This document shows positions 10,778 through 19,714 of a stretch of 64,000 nucleotides of DNA, piece after piece (positions within the stretch are counted from its first letter, which is position 1; each line of letters begins with the position of its first letter). The position numbers and the translations under genes were made by a program. The stretch lies in the NCBI GenBank assembly GCA_034189385.1, contig JAXHVD010000007.1:64001-128000 (forward strand), given 5' to 3'. The DNA is from Thermodesulfobacteriota bacterium (GTDB taxonomy: Bacteria > Desulfobacterota > Desulfobacteria > Desulfobacterales > C00003060). The notes beneath the pieces were generated by a model. It made no database searches and had not been told where the DNA came from. It saw nothing but the letters and a program-made list of their open reading frames with translations.

Positions 10778-12526
10778 ATGTCAAGGTTTTCCGAACTCAA
10801 CAGGTTTTTTCTTTTCTTACATATCTTGTCCTTAACGTTAATTCTGATTCCTAGATTAGTCTATTCCGCTGTAATCACTTTAGAATGGTGCCCCAACAGC
10901 GAACCGGATCTTGCCGGTTATGTCGTATACTATGGAGCATCTAGTAGGGATTACTCATCAACTGTTGATGTGGGCAACTATGCAAGTTGCGCTGTCTCGG
11001 ATTCAGGCTTTCAGGAGGGCCAGACCTATTACTTTGCTGTCACTGCTTATGACGAAAGCGGCAATGAAAGCAGTTTTTCTGAAGAGGTGACACACACTTT
11101 CTTACCAGCCGACACGGACGGAGACGGAATATCAGATTATGATGAAATAAATGAGTATGGTACCGATCCGTATAAGGTGGATACGGACGGAGACGGGCTT
11201 AACGACGGCGACGAGTTGGCTTATTGGGGTGAGGATTGGTATGTCGATTATGATGCTGACGGTTTGACAAATCTCTTGGACATGGATTCAGACGGAGACG
11301 GATTTTCAGACGGTGAAGAGCGCGTCAAAGGCACTGATCCCGCCGATTCCGCTTCTACTCCACCTGAGGCAACTTGGACGGACTATCGGGCCATGTTGAC
11401 AATGCGCTCTAATGACGATGATGCCATTGGGATCATGTTCCGGTACCAGGATGCCGATAACTACTACCGTTTCTCCTGGGATAAGCAGCGTGATTACCGA
11501 CGTCTGGTCAAGTGTGAAAACGGTGTCTTCACCTTACTAGCCGAGGACAGTGTGTGGTACGTGCCAGGACAAAGCTACGATGTAGAGATCGTTACCGAGG
11601 GTACTTGCCTGGAGGTCTTGATTGACGGCTCCCTGATCTTCTCGGTGACGGACGAGAGTTTTCCCAGTGGCACGATTGCCCTGTACTCTTGGTACAACCG
11701 TGGAAGTGTCTTTGATGATGTGCTGGTGGAGGATCTATCCACGGGCACTGTGTTGTTGTCTGAAGATTTCAATGATGGTGACTACACCGGCTGGACTGTG
11801 GTGGATGAGGGTACTGTAAGAAGGCCTTCCGCTTGGTCAGCACAAACGGGAGCACTCGTGCAAAGCTCCAGCATCTACTCCAAGCCGACTGATCGGGACG
11901 ACCTTGCCAAGCTGGGCACCTTCGCTCTGTATGAGGGGGCCACCAACCCACCCATGGCAAATTGGACGGACTATCGGGCCACGTTGACAATGCGCTCTGA
12001 CGACGACGATGCTATTGGGATCATGTTTCGGTATCAGGATGCCGACAACTACTACCGTTTCTCATGGGATAGGCAGCGTGATTACCGACGTCTGGTGAAG
12101 TGTGAAAACGGTGTCTTCACCTTACTAGCCGAGGACAGTGTGTACTACGTTCCAGGGCAGACCTACGATGTAGAGCTCGTTACCGAGGGTACTTGCCTGG
12201 AGGTCTTGATTGACGGCTCTCTGATCTTCTCAGTGACGGACGAGAGTTTTTCCGGCGGCACGATTGCCCTTTACTCTTGGTATAACCGTGGCAGTGTCTT
12301 TGATGATGTGCTGGTGAAGGATCTTTCTACAGGCACTGTGTTGTTGTCTGAAGATTTCAATGATGGTGACTACACCGGCTGGACTGTGGTGGATGAGGGT
12401 ACTGTTAGGGGGCCGTCGGCATGGTCAGCACAAACCGGAGCACTCGTACAAAGCTCCAGCATCTACTCCAAGCCAACTGATCGGGACGACCTCGCCAAGC
12501 TGGGCACCTTCGCCCTGTATGAATAG
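10778..12526 (+). CDS. Secreted protein: fibronectin type III domain, thrombospondin type-3-like Ca-binding repeats and two ConA/TSP_C-like lectin units
   Basis: LEWCPNSEPDLAGYVVYYG...YYFAVTAYD (FN3); DTDGDG repeats; DDDAIGIMFRYQD present twice. Confidence 0.8.
   Translation: MSRFSELNRFFLFLHILSLTLILIPRLVYSAVITLEWCPNSEPDLAGYVVYYGASSRDYSSTVDVGNYASCAVSDSGFQEGQTYYFAVTAYDESGNESSFSEEVTHTFLPADTDGDGISDYDEINEYGTDPYKVDTDGDGLNDGDELAYWGEDWYVDYDADGLTNLLDMDSDGDGFSDGEERVKGTDPADSASTPPEATWTDYRAMLTMRSNDDDAIGIMFRYQDADNYYRFSWDKQRDYRRLVKCENGVFTLLAEDSVWYVPGQSYDVEIVTEGTCLEVLIDGSLIFSVTDESFPSGTIALYSWYNRGSVFDDVLVEDLSTGTVLLSEDFNDGDYTGWTVVDEGTVRRPSAWSAQTGALVQSSSIYSKPTDRDDLAKLGTFALYEGATNPPMANWTDYRATLTMRSDDDDAIGIMFRYQDADNYYRFSWDRQRDYRRLVKCENGVFTLLAEDSVYYVPGQTYDVELVTEGTCLEVLIDGSLIFSVTDESFSGGTIALYSWYNRGSVFDDVLVKDLSTGTVLLSEDFNDGDYTGWTVVDEGTVRGPSAWSAQTGALVQSSSIYSKPTDRDDLAKLGTFALYE
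11375..12523 (+). repeat. Intragenic direct duplication, 561 bp x2 (11375-11935 and 11963-12523)
   Basis: Both copies start TGGACGGACTATCGGGCC and end ...GGCACCTTCGCxCTGTATGA; differences are scattered and mostly synonymous. Confidence 0.95.
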
Positions 12527-12634
12527 GCAATCTGCTTACACCTTTTGGACACTAGCAGCTACGGAACCAACTGTCCTTTCCACTAGCAGTGTTTCAACCC
12601 GTCATGGGTTTCTTTTTACGAGGAGGGTCACACT

Positions 12635-13126
12635 ATGGGGACAATGGAAGTGTATGTCAACTCAGAAGGCCGTGCAGTGATTGAGTGTCCTCACTGCAAA
12701 AATGCTAGAACCTTTCATGTGGACAAATTCAAAGAGGCGAAGAGAAAAGTCAAGGTAAGGTGCGGATGCCACACAGAATTTTACGTTTCCTTAGAATTCG
12801 GGAAAACCGTGTACAAAGAGGACGATATTCGGGGTTATTTTACGAAGTTTGACGACATCTCCGACTGGGAAAAGATGCTCATAACAGATCTCTCGGAAAC
12901 CGGTGTTGGGTTTGTAGCGCCCACTGGGCACCGCCTGAAGGGGGGCGACAAACTTAAGGTGAAATTCTGTTTATTAAATGGTCCCAGGCGCTCTTTAGTG
13001 GAGAAAGATGCAGTGGTGAGATGGGTCGCTGGTGGGAACACGGGCTGTCAGTTCAGCAAACCGCTCGGATGGGGAGATTCGCCCGATCATCCATTACATG
13101 CATATCTTGTGGCAAGCTCTCACTGA
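12635..13126 (+). CDS. PilZ-domain protein with N-terminal zinc ribbon
   Basis: CPHC...CGC; DLSETG motif; VVRWV...GCQF; RBS GGAGG. Confidence 0.75.
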   Translation: MGTMEVYVNSEGRAVIECPHCKNARTFHVDKFKEAKRKVKVRCGCHTEFYVSLEFGKTVYKEDDIRGYFTKFDDISDWEKMLITDLSETGVGFVAPTGHRLKGGDKLKVKFCLLNGPRRSLVEKDAVVRWVAGGNTGCQFSKPLGWGDSPDHPLHAYLVASSH

Positions 13127-13158
13127 GCACACACAGGGAGCCAAGACGAGGGGGGAGT

Positions 13159-14285
13159 ACGAAAAGGCCGGTGTTGATCGCGATATGCTTGATGCTGAGC
13201 AGCGCAAAAGGCTTTGCGGATTGGCATCCTGGTAATCCCTATGCGATGCATTCGCCACAGTTGCCGAATTCGTCTGGTTGGGCGGTTGCGCCAATGTACT
13301 GCTATGTAGGAGATGATTGGGTGTGCATAGAGACTGGCCCGGTCACTCAGATTCACTTTTGGGGGTCCTATAGATCAGATGTGGTGCCCCCCCCTGTAAC
13401 GTTTGCTATAAACATATACAATGAGGACCCAAGCGGGGCTTGACAACCAGGAGATCTTGTGTGGAGCCACATTTTTTCTCCAGAACAATATGCTGAGCGC
13501 CTTTGGCTTGAAAGTGACCAGAAGCAGGACTTCTACTTGCCCAACTGGTACAGCCTTTTTCCGGAAGACCACTGCAGGATTTATCAGTATAACATCGAAA
13601 TTCCCGTGGAAGAGACATTTGTGCAGCTACGGTCCCATTTGAAGAAGCTTTTGAGTCCTATAGGTTGCCCATTACCAACGGCACGGTAGTCATTTATTTG
13701 GGTAGGGAGCCTGTCTTCATTGAAGAATGCGGGGGATGTATTTGTGACCTAAACAACGACGGTCTATGCGATGAGCAAGACTTTATTCTGTTCGGAGCAA
13801 GTCACGGTTGGGGTGATTGGGACTGCAATGAACCTGATGTCGACTGCATATGCGACTTCGTTAAGGACAACAACGGTACATGCGATGATCTGGATGGGGC
13901 TCTCTTCCGAGAGGCATACTCCAGGCCTGAATGCCGACTTGGCGTTTACATTGAAAAACTAAAACCCAAACCATGTGAGCCTGGCGATAAAATCCGTATT
14001 ATTGGAAGGGGGTTTGGAAGCGGTATCTCGGGAGAAGGAACGCCGGCTGAGACCAAGAGCATCGTCCATGTGAGCGGGAGACAATTCGAATATGGCCATC
14101 GGAAAATCAAGCTATGGACTGAAAACAAAATCAAGGTGAAGATCCCGGAAGACAAGTATACGAAGAACGCATGGGCATGGTTCAATGGGGTGGGCTTCCG
14201 CAAAGTGAAGGTATGGGTCACCGTCGGCGGGCTGAACAGTAATAAGGAGACTCTTAAAATAATCAAGCCTCAGACCAGTCCGTAG
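13159..14285 (+). pseudogene. Disrupted secreted multidomain gene (DUF7901-like domain, dockerin/EF-hand-like Cys-rich repeats, IPT/TIG-like domain)
   Basis: RBS GGGGAG then ACG instead of ATG before a signal peptide; in-frame TGA at 13441-13443; frame change near 13630-13665 into the 13665..14285 ORF. Confidence 0.65.
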
Positions 14286-14312
14286 TTTGCAGGCTCAGAC
14301 TTATCAAGTACG

Positions 14313-14340
14313 GGCAGGGGTGCACACCCTGCCTTTGTTT
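14313..14340 (+). terminator. Probable intrinsic terminator
   Basis: GGCAGGG-loop-CCCTGCC followed by TTTGTTT. Confidence 0.6.
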
Positions 14341-14584
14341 TCTCTGCACCGCAGCATATTGTGGGAAGTTTGAACCGCCGCTCTCTTTCTTCGTGGAAGC
14401 TTTAGCAGACTTGAGAAGTAGGAACAGTCTTCATTTCTAAGAAGACAGGATTCTACTTCAGCACGCTTCAGGCACCTTAACGCCCTATCGTTGGCAGCAT
14501 CATAGGGCCAAGATCCCGTATCATTAGAAAGGCTGGAAACCAGATAGGAGGCTGTTGGGGCGTTAGCATTAACGGTTGCCTTGT

Positions 14585-16534
14585 CTACCAGATGTAGTCT
14601 TTGGCGGTGAGGCGTTTATCTTTGCCTGCCAGGATGTGGAGGGTGCGTATCTGTTTCAGCTTGATAGGTGAAAGCTGGCCGATAGGGATATAGACAATCT
14701 GTTTGCCCCACCGGGCTGCCACCTGTTTGACAAAGGACCTGGGTGGCGATTTGCTCACATAGACGACGTGCTTTTCCACGCTGTACTCCAAGCCGGCCAG
14801 AAGCAGGCGCTCTGCTTTTGTCCTGGCCCAGTGGTACTCAGGGTCTCCCCAAACGTCGGCAAGGCGAAGGGGTGGATAGGTCATGAGGGCGCCTCCGTAG
14901 GTGCACCTTGAGATTCCGGGGCCCACAATGTGATCGGCCGGGTCCGTGGCATAGAAGGCCATGTCTGATTCCTGGTCGTGTTCTCCCAGCCATGTCATGT
15001 GGTAGGGGTACTTATCCCCTGTGCTGTCCTCATCAAAGATGATGATCACAGAGCCTACGCCCCCCTTGATCCTCTTGAACTCTTTGACGTAGATACGGCC
15101 CTCGTGGATGTGGCGGGCCGTCTCCCGCATGTCTATTCCGTCCAGGATGGTGGTTTCAAAGGGGAGACTCACCGCGTCATCGGCAGACAATACGTGGGCC
15201 CCCTTGGTCTTTAGAAAATTGCCGTAGTCCTCAATGACCAGGTCTTCAGGGGGATAGGAACAGATGTAAGGGTCCTTAAAACCTTCAAGCCATTCTCCTG
15301 GCCTGCGTTCCTTGATTCGGCGCTTTTTGGGGATGTACACGGGTCGGCGCTTGATCCTGGGAAGCCTTCTTCGGATGTGGACTTTCCGCGTGCCCAGCCA
15401 CAGCATGTCTCCTTTCATGCGGATGGTGGCCGCCGAAGAGTGGGCCTTCTGCCACGGGTAAAAGGAGCCCAGACGCCAAAAGGCATAGCAGAAGTTATCA
15501 TCCACACACCCCTTGGCCGCAATGAGGAGCTGATAAAAATCGGCTAGGAGCCGATTTTCCATCAAGGCATAGTTTCTTGAAAAGCGAAAAAAGGCCCGTT
15601 TCTGCCAGGGGGTGACCTCCTCACCAGTGTCCTGGTGATAGTGACGGGCCGCTTGCTCAAAGAGGCGTAGACTGACGATCTGGCGGTCCACTGGGCCTGG
15701 TTTCATATGGTGCACGCTCCACCTGATGGATGCATCCAGGGCCTCCTCTTCAGAGCAGGTCTCTTTTCCTCCACTCATCAAGGTGAGCACGCCCATCTTC
15801 TTTCTGACCGTAAACTGAGAGAGTTGCGGCTCCGGCGGCAGGGCGTGCCTCCGGTATTCATAGGTGGCGGCCAAAAAGGGGAACTCCGTTGAGACCTCGG
15901 AAAGATCGTCAGGGTGAACATTAAAGAGGCTTACCCCCGTGCGTTTCAATCTTTCAAGGGGCTCGGCCTGGGGCCGAAAAAAGGCTTCTCTTACGCCTTG
16001 AAGATGGGCCAGGCCGCAGACAAAGAGGACCTTGTCGTGTTTGGCAGCGAGTTTTTGCAGCCGATAGGCCATTCCAGCCTCGCGCCTGAGGTCTGCAGGG
16101 CCCTTCTTTAGCCCGGCAACTGCCTGCCGGGCGTAAATCTCGTAAAAGGCTTGGATGCCCAATCGATGAGCTGCGTAGGTATCTGGTACGTAATCCCGGT
16201 AGGAAGGGTATTCGTCTAAATCCAGGTCCACGAAGTAAATGGGGATGCCGGCCTCCAGGCCAGATCGGATGGCCTCTGTGAGCGGGTCCGTGGGTTCGAT
16301 AGGAAGATAGATGCTTTGGTCTCTGCTGTTTTGGTAAAGGACTACTGATATCTCAGGGAGTCGGCGTACACCCTTTTCCACGACACCCTGAAGGGATTGG
16401 GGCAGTTCAACGGCAACGGCATCCGGTCTGATGTGCCGGAACATGTCCCGCAGGCCGTCGGCAAACTCCAGGCTGTAGTGGACCACCGGGGCAGGGTGGA
16501 TCGGACCGAAGGGTTCTAGCAATGAATGAGGCAT
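14585..16534 (-). CDS. Conserved hypothetical protein, YehM/DUF5682-like (TraB/Tiki-like motifs), partner of the MoxR ATPase
   Basis: PVVHYSLEFA, PDAVAVELP, REAGMA, LFVCGLAH motifs; start at 16534 (or 16564). Confidence 0.65.
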   Translation of the reverse strand: MPHSLLEPFGPIHPAPVVHYSLEFADGLRDMFRHIRPDAVAVELPQSLQGVVEKGVRRLPEISVVLYQNSRDQSIYLPIEPTDPLTEAIRSGLEAGIPIYFVDLDLDEYPSYRDYVPDTYAAHRLGIQAFYEIYARQAVAGLKKGPADLRREAGMAYRLQKLAAKHDKVLFVCGLAHLQGVREAFFRPQAEPLERLKRTGVSLFNVHPDDLSEVSTEFPFLAATYEYRRHALPPEPQLSQFTVRKKMGVLTLMSGGKETCSEEEALDASIRWSVHHMKPGPVDRQIVSLRLFEQAARHYHQDTGEEVTPWQKRAFFRFSRNYALMENRLLADFYQLLIAAKGCVDDNFCYAFWRLGSFYPWQKAHSSAATIRMKGDMLWLGTRKVHIRRRLPRIKRRPVYIPKKRRIKERRPGEWLEGFKDPYICSYPPEDLVIEDYGNFLKTKGAHVLSADDAVSLPFETTILDGIDMRETARHIHEGRIYVKEFKRIKGGVGSVIIIFDEDSTGDKYPYHMTWLGEHDQESDMAFYATDPADHIVGPGISRCTYGGALMTYPPLRLADVWGDPEYHWARTKAERLLLAGLEYSVEKHVVYVSKSPPRSFVKQVAARWGKQIVYIPIGQLSPIKLKQIRTLHILAGKDKRLTAKDYIW

Positions 16535-16690
16535 GTCTGTCTGCAACCGTTCACTGTTTACCATGAACCTTTGTGAGCCCAGCAGCGACGGCTTCAGCTG
16601 TTGCTCAAACCAAAAAGGCTTGAACGTGTTTGGGGCTTTTCCGTCTGTTTCTACCGGTGAACGGACAACGGTACACGGTGAACCTTTACT

Positions 16691-17524
16691 CTATGTCTCG
16701 TACCGCAAGGCTTCATCACCCAGAACATTGACAATGCCGCAGTGAATGGCTTCTTTCTGGGTCATCCCTGTGGCCCGCATCATCTTGAGGGCGTATCTGG
16801 CCATATTGATGCCGTCGCGCACAGAATAGACCTCATCGGCCATGTGGGCACGCTGGAGAAAATCGACCATGTAGTTCAGGATGTCCTCATCGGCAAAGGG
16901 AAGGTTTTCTTTCAGGATCAGGAGTTCGTCCTCCCTGTCCGGAAAATCGACGAATATCTGAGGCTGGAGCCTGGAATGAATGTATTCAGGGATCTCATAA
17001 GTAGAGGCATCTTCGTTAATGGTGACCACAAACCGGAAGTGCGGGTGGGCCGATATGGTCAAACCGGTGATGATGGACTCCACATATCGTCGATCGTCCA
17101 GGAGCGGGGCAAGCGATGCCCACGATTTTTCGCTCATCCGGTTTCCCTCGTCCAGGATACAGACCCCGCCCCGTACCATGGCTGTGACCAGAGAACTGGC
17201 CGCGTACTTGACCTGGCCTTGCCCACCCATCACAGGGGTGATGATGAGGTCCTCGGGTCGGGTGTCCATGGTGGCCTGAAATAGATAGACGGGTCGATTC
17301 AACTGCTTGGCTGCAGCATACCCCAGGGTCGTTTTGCCTACCCCTGGTTTGCCTGAAAGGCGTGGGTTGAATGGCACGTCCTTTTCGTCGATGACCATCC
17401 ATGCGGCCAGTAGCTGCTTGATGAGTTCCTTTTGACCCACCCATTTCAAGGGCAGCTCCGCCGGTTGGGCCAGCATAACTTCCAATGACCCCATGGTCAC
17501 GCTTTCGCTTGTTTTAGATTTCAT
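16691..17524 (-). CDS. MoxR/CbbQ-type AAA+ ATPase (AAA_5)
   Basis: Walker A GKPGVGKTT, Walker B ILDEGNR, AHPHFRFVVTIN. Confidence 0.9.
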   Translation of the reverse strand: MKSKTSESVTMGSLEVMLAQPAELPLKWVGQKELIKQLLAAWMVIDEKDVPFNPRLSGKPGVGKTTLGYAAAKQLNRPVYLFQATMDTRPEDLIITPVMGGQGQVKYAASSLVTAMVRGGVCILDEGNRMSEKSWASLAPLLDDRRYVESIITGLTISAHPHFRFVVTINEDASTYEIPEYIHSRLQPQIFVDFPDREDELLILKENLPFADEDILNYMVDFLQRAHMADEVYSVRDGINMARYALKMMRATGMTQKEAIHCGIVNVLGDEALRYET

Positions 17525-17653
17525 GGTTTTTGCCTCTCATTGAAGGTGCCTCTTCACACACCCATTAGGGGCTAAACTTAAGACAGTATCTGCCTGTTGT
17601 CAATTATGCCGGCCCGTCCGCCTGATGGGGTGATTGAAGTGTTCCTGGCGTGG

Positions 17654-18901
17654 CTATTCTGCCTGCACAGCCATCCCATCACTTGCCTTAAGCCACTTGC
17701 CAAATCCAGAGGTGAGGAGGATGACCGAGGCCACCCCAAACCCCATGATGACCGTCCCTGCCACAAACGCCAGCTCCAGATCAAACATGTCCATCATCAG
17801 GCCTGCTAGAATGGGGCCGATGAGCATGCCCAGGCTATGCCCCATGGTCAAGAGACCCATGATGGAACCCATGGAACCTGTGTGACGACCTATGATCACC
17901 GTCATAGCCATGACCGCTGGCACCGCAATCCCTCCGCCTACTCCGAACAAGACATTGGCCAGAAAGAGCCCCCAGAATCCTTTTGCGTGAATAAAGGTCC
18001 ATATTGCCCCAGCAGCCACTACCCCCCCGACCACGATCAAGACTCTCTTGTTCAAGCGATCAGCAACGAGTCCCATGGGCGTCTGAAGAAGACCGGTGGT
18101 CAGCACCCCCAGCATCACCAGGACTCCCACAGCGGAACTTGAGAGGTCAAACTCAAGGCCGGCAAGTAGGGGAAGAAAGGCCCACACAACCCCAATGCAA
18201 GTGGTGAAGGTGAGGCGGAACATGAAAAGGGCACCAACGTACCTGTTCCTTGCGAGGACCCCGTAACGAAGAGGCGGCCTGGCGAGGGCCATGGGCCTTT
18301 CCTCCTTCCTGGGGGGCAGCAAAAAGAGGCACAGAAGGCAACCGATGAGAGAGATCAGGCCCATGGCCATAAAGGAGGTCTGGATTCCGAAGACGTCTTT
18401 CACCGCCCCTCCCAGCAGTGGTCCCATACTCAGGCCTGCATAGATAGACAGGTTGAACAGACCCATGGCAAAACCTTCTTTTCCCCTGGGCGTGATTTCT
18501 CCCACATAGGCCTGGGCCACTGGCAAGATCATGGCCGAGGCAATCCCTTGGAGGAATCGAATAAGGATGAAGAGGTTGACGTTTTTTGAAAAGGCAAAGG
18601 CGATAGAAACCAGGAAATAGGCAAAGAGCCCGGTGGTGACAAAGGGCTTGCGCCCCTTGAGGTCAGACAGACGGCCAAAGAAGGGGAGAAAGGCGGTCCT
18701 TGAAAGGGAAAAGGCACCAAAGATAAAGCCAATATAGAGACCCGTTGCCCCCAGGTCATGGGCGAAAATCGGCAGCAAGGGGACGACCAAGCCCACGCCA
18801 AGGGTGACGGAAAAGACAGCCAAGAAAAGCGTGGAGAAGACTTTGATATGGTCCACACCTTGCCGCTCTCTGCGCGAAATGGAATTGAAGGGGCTTGTCA
18901 T
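17654..18901 (-). CDS. MFS transporter (DHA1-like)
   Basis: About 12 TM segments; motif A GRLSDLKGRK; RFLQG. Confidence 0.9.
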   Translation of the reverse strand: MTSPFNSISRRERQGVDHIKVFSTLFLAVFSVTLGVGLVVPLLPIFAHDLGATGLYIGFIFGAFSLSRTAFLPFFGRLSDLKGRKPFVTTGLFAYFLVSIAFAFSKNVNLFILIRFLQGIASAMILPVAQAYVGEITPRGKEGFAMGLFNLSIYAGLSMGPLLGGAVKDVFGIQTSFMAMGLISLIGCLLCLFLLPPRKEERPMALARPPLRYGVLARNRYVGALFMFRLTFTTCIGVVWAFLPLLAGLEFDLSSSAVGVLVMLGVLTTGLLQTPMGLVADRLNKRVLIVVGGVVAAGAIWTFIHAKGFWGLFLANVLFGVGGGIAVPAVMAMTVIIGRHTGSMGSIMGLLTMGHSLGMLIGPILAGLMMDMFDLELAFVAGTVIMGFGVASVILLTSGFGKWLKASDGMAVQAE

Positions 18902-19125
18902 GGCCGCGTAGCATTTCCCCTTCTTGACGGGGCCTGCGCTGCAACCAAGCTCGATGCCTGCACCTGCTTTGCCTGGGCAGATTGCCGCTCCTGTAAAGTG
19001 TTGCCCGTCTGGTTTGTCTTGGATTTTTTAATAGAATTTGGCAAGAAGTCCTGCTAAAAGGAAATACCATTCGTTCTGAGCCACGGCAACGGGAACACTA
19101 GGTTCAAGTTGGAGCAAGACTTTTC

Positions 19126-19710
19126 ATGGAAAGTCCATCACAAAGCCAATCTGCACCGGAACAGGACTGCGCCACCGAACCTGAGCCCGACCTGGCAGTT
19201 CTGTGGGCCGAGGGGAGAGCTGAGTTTTTAAATCCAGCACCCGGTCGTATCAAGAGGATGGCTCAGTGGTTCTATGATCGCTTTGTTCGCCTCCATGGCA
19301 GCCCCAAGCAGGTAGCCTGGGGGTCCGCTCTGGGCCTTTTTGTGGCCATGAGTCCGACCATGGGCTTCCAGATGGCCATCGCCATCGCCATGGCCGCCTT
19401 TTTCAGGATTAGCAAAGTGGCTGCTGCCGTTGCTGTTTGGGTGACTAATCCGGCGACAGCCCCTATCATCTACTGGTTCAACTACAAACTGGGGGCCAAG
19501 CTGCTAGGGTATCCTGTTAACGCGCAATTCCTGTCCAATCCTTGCTGGGAGACCTTCTGGCATGCTGGCACACATGCCATTGTCTCTGTTACCTTGGGGG
19601 GAGTCATTACAGGGATCGCCATCGCCCTACCAGGCTATTTCGTGATATTGACCATGGTGCGAACTGCCAGGGAAAAAGCCCGCCGGCTCAGACAAAAAGC
19701 CCGTCTATAA
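19126..19710 (+). CDS. DUF2062-family membrane protein
   Basis: SPKQVAWGSALGLFVAMSPTMGFQ, WVTNPAT. Confidence 0.8.
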   Translation: MESPSQSQSAPEQDCATEPEPDLAVLWAEGRAEFLNPAPGRIKRMAQWFYDRFVRLHGSPKQVAWGSALGLFVAMSPTMGFQMAIAIAMAAFFRISKVAAAVAVWVTNPATAPIIYWFNYKLGAKLLGYPVNAQFLSNPCWETFWHAGTHAIVSVTLGGVITGIAIALPGYFVILTMVRTAREKARRLRQKARL

Positions 19711-19714
19711 AGGG

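Noticed and set aside
13441..13443. TGA as selenocysteine in the DUF7901-like gene
   Set aside because: Not in a redox Cys motif, and the gene has other lesions (ACG start, frameshift), so pseudogene is more parsimonious
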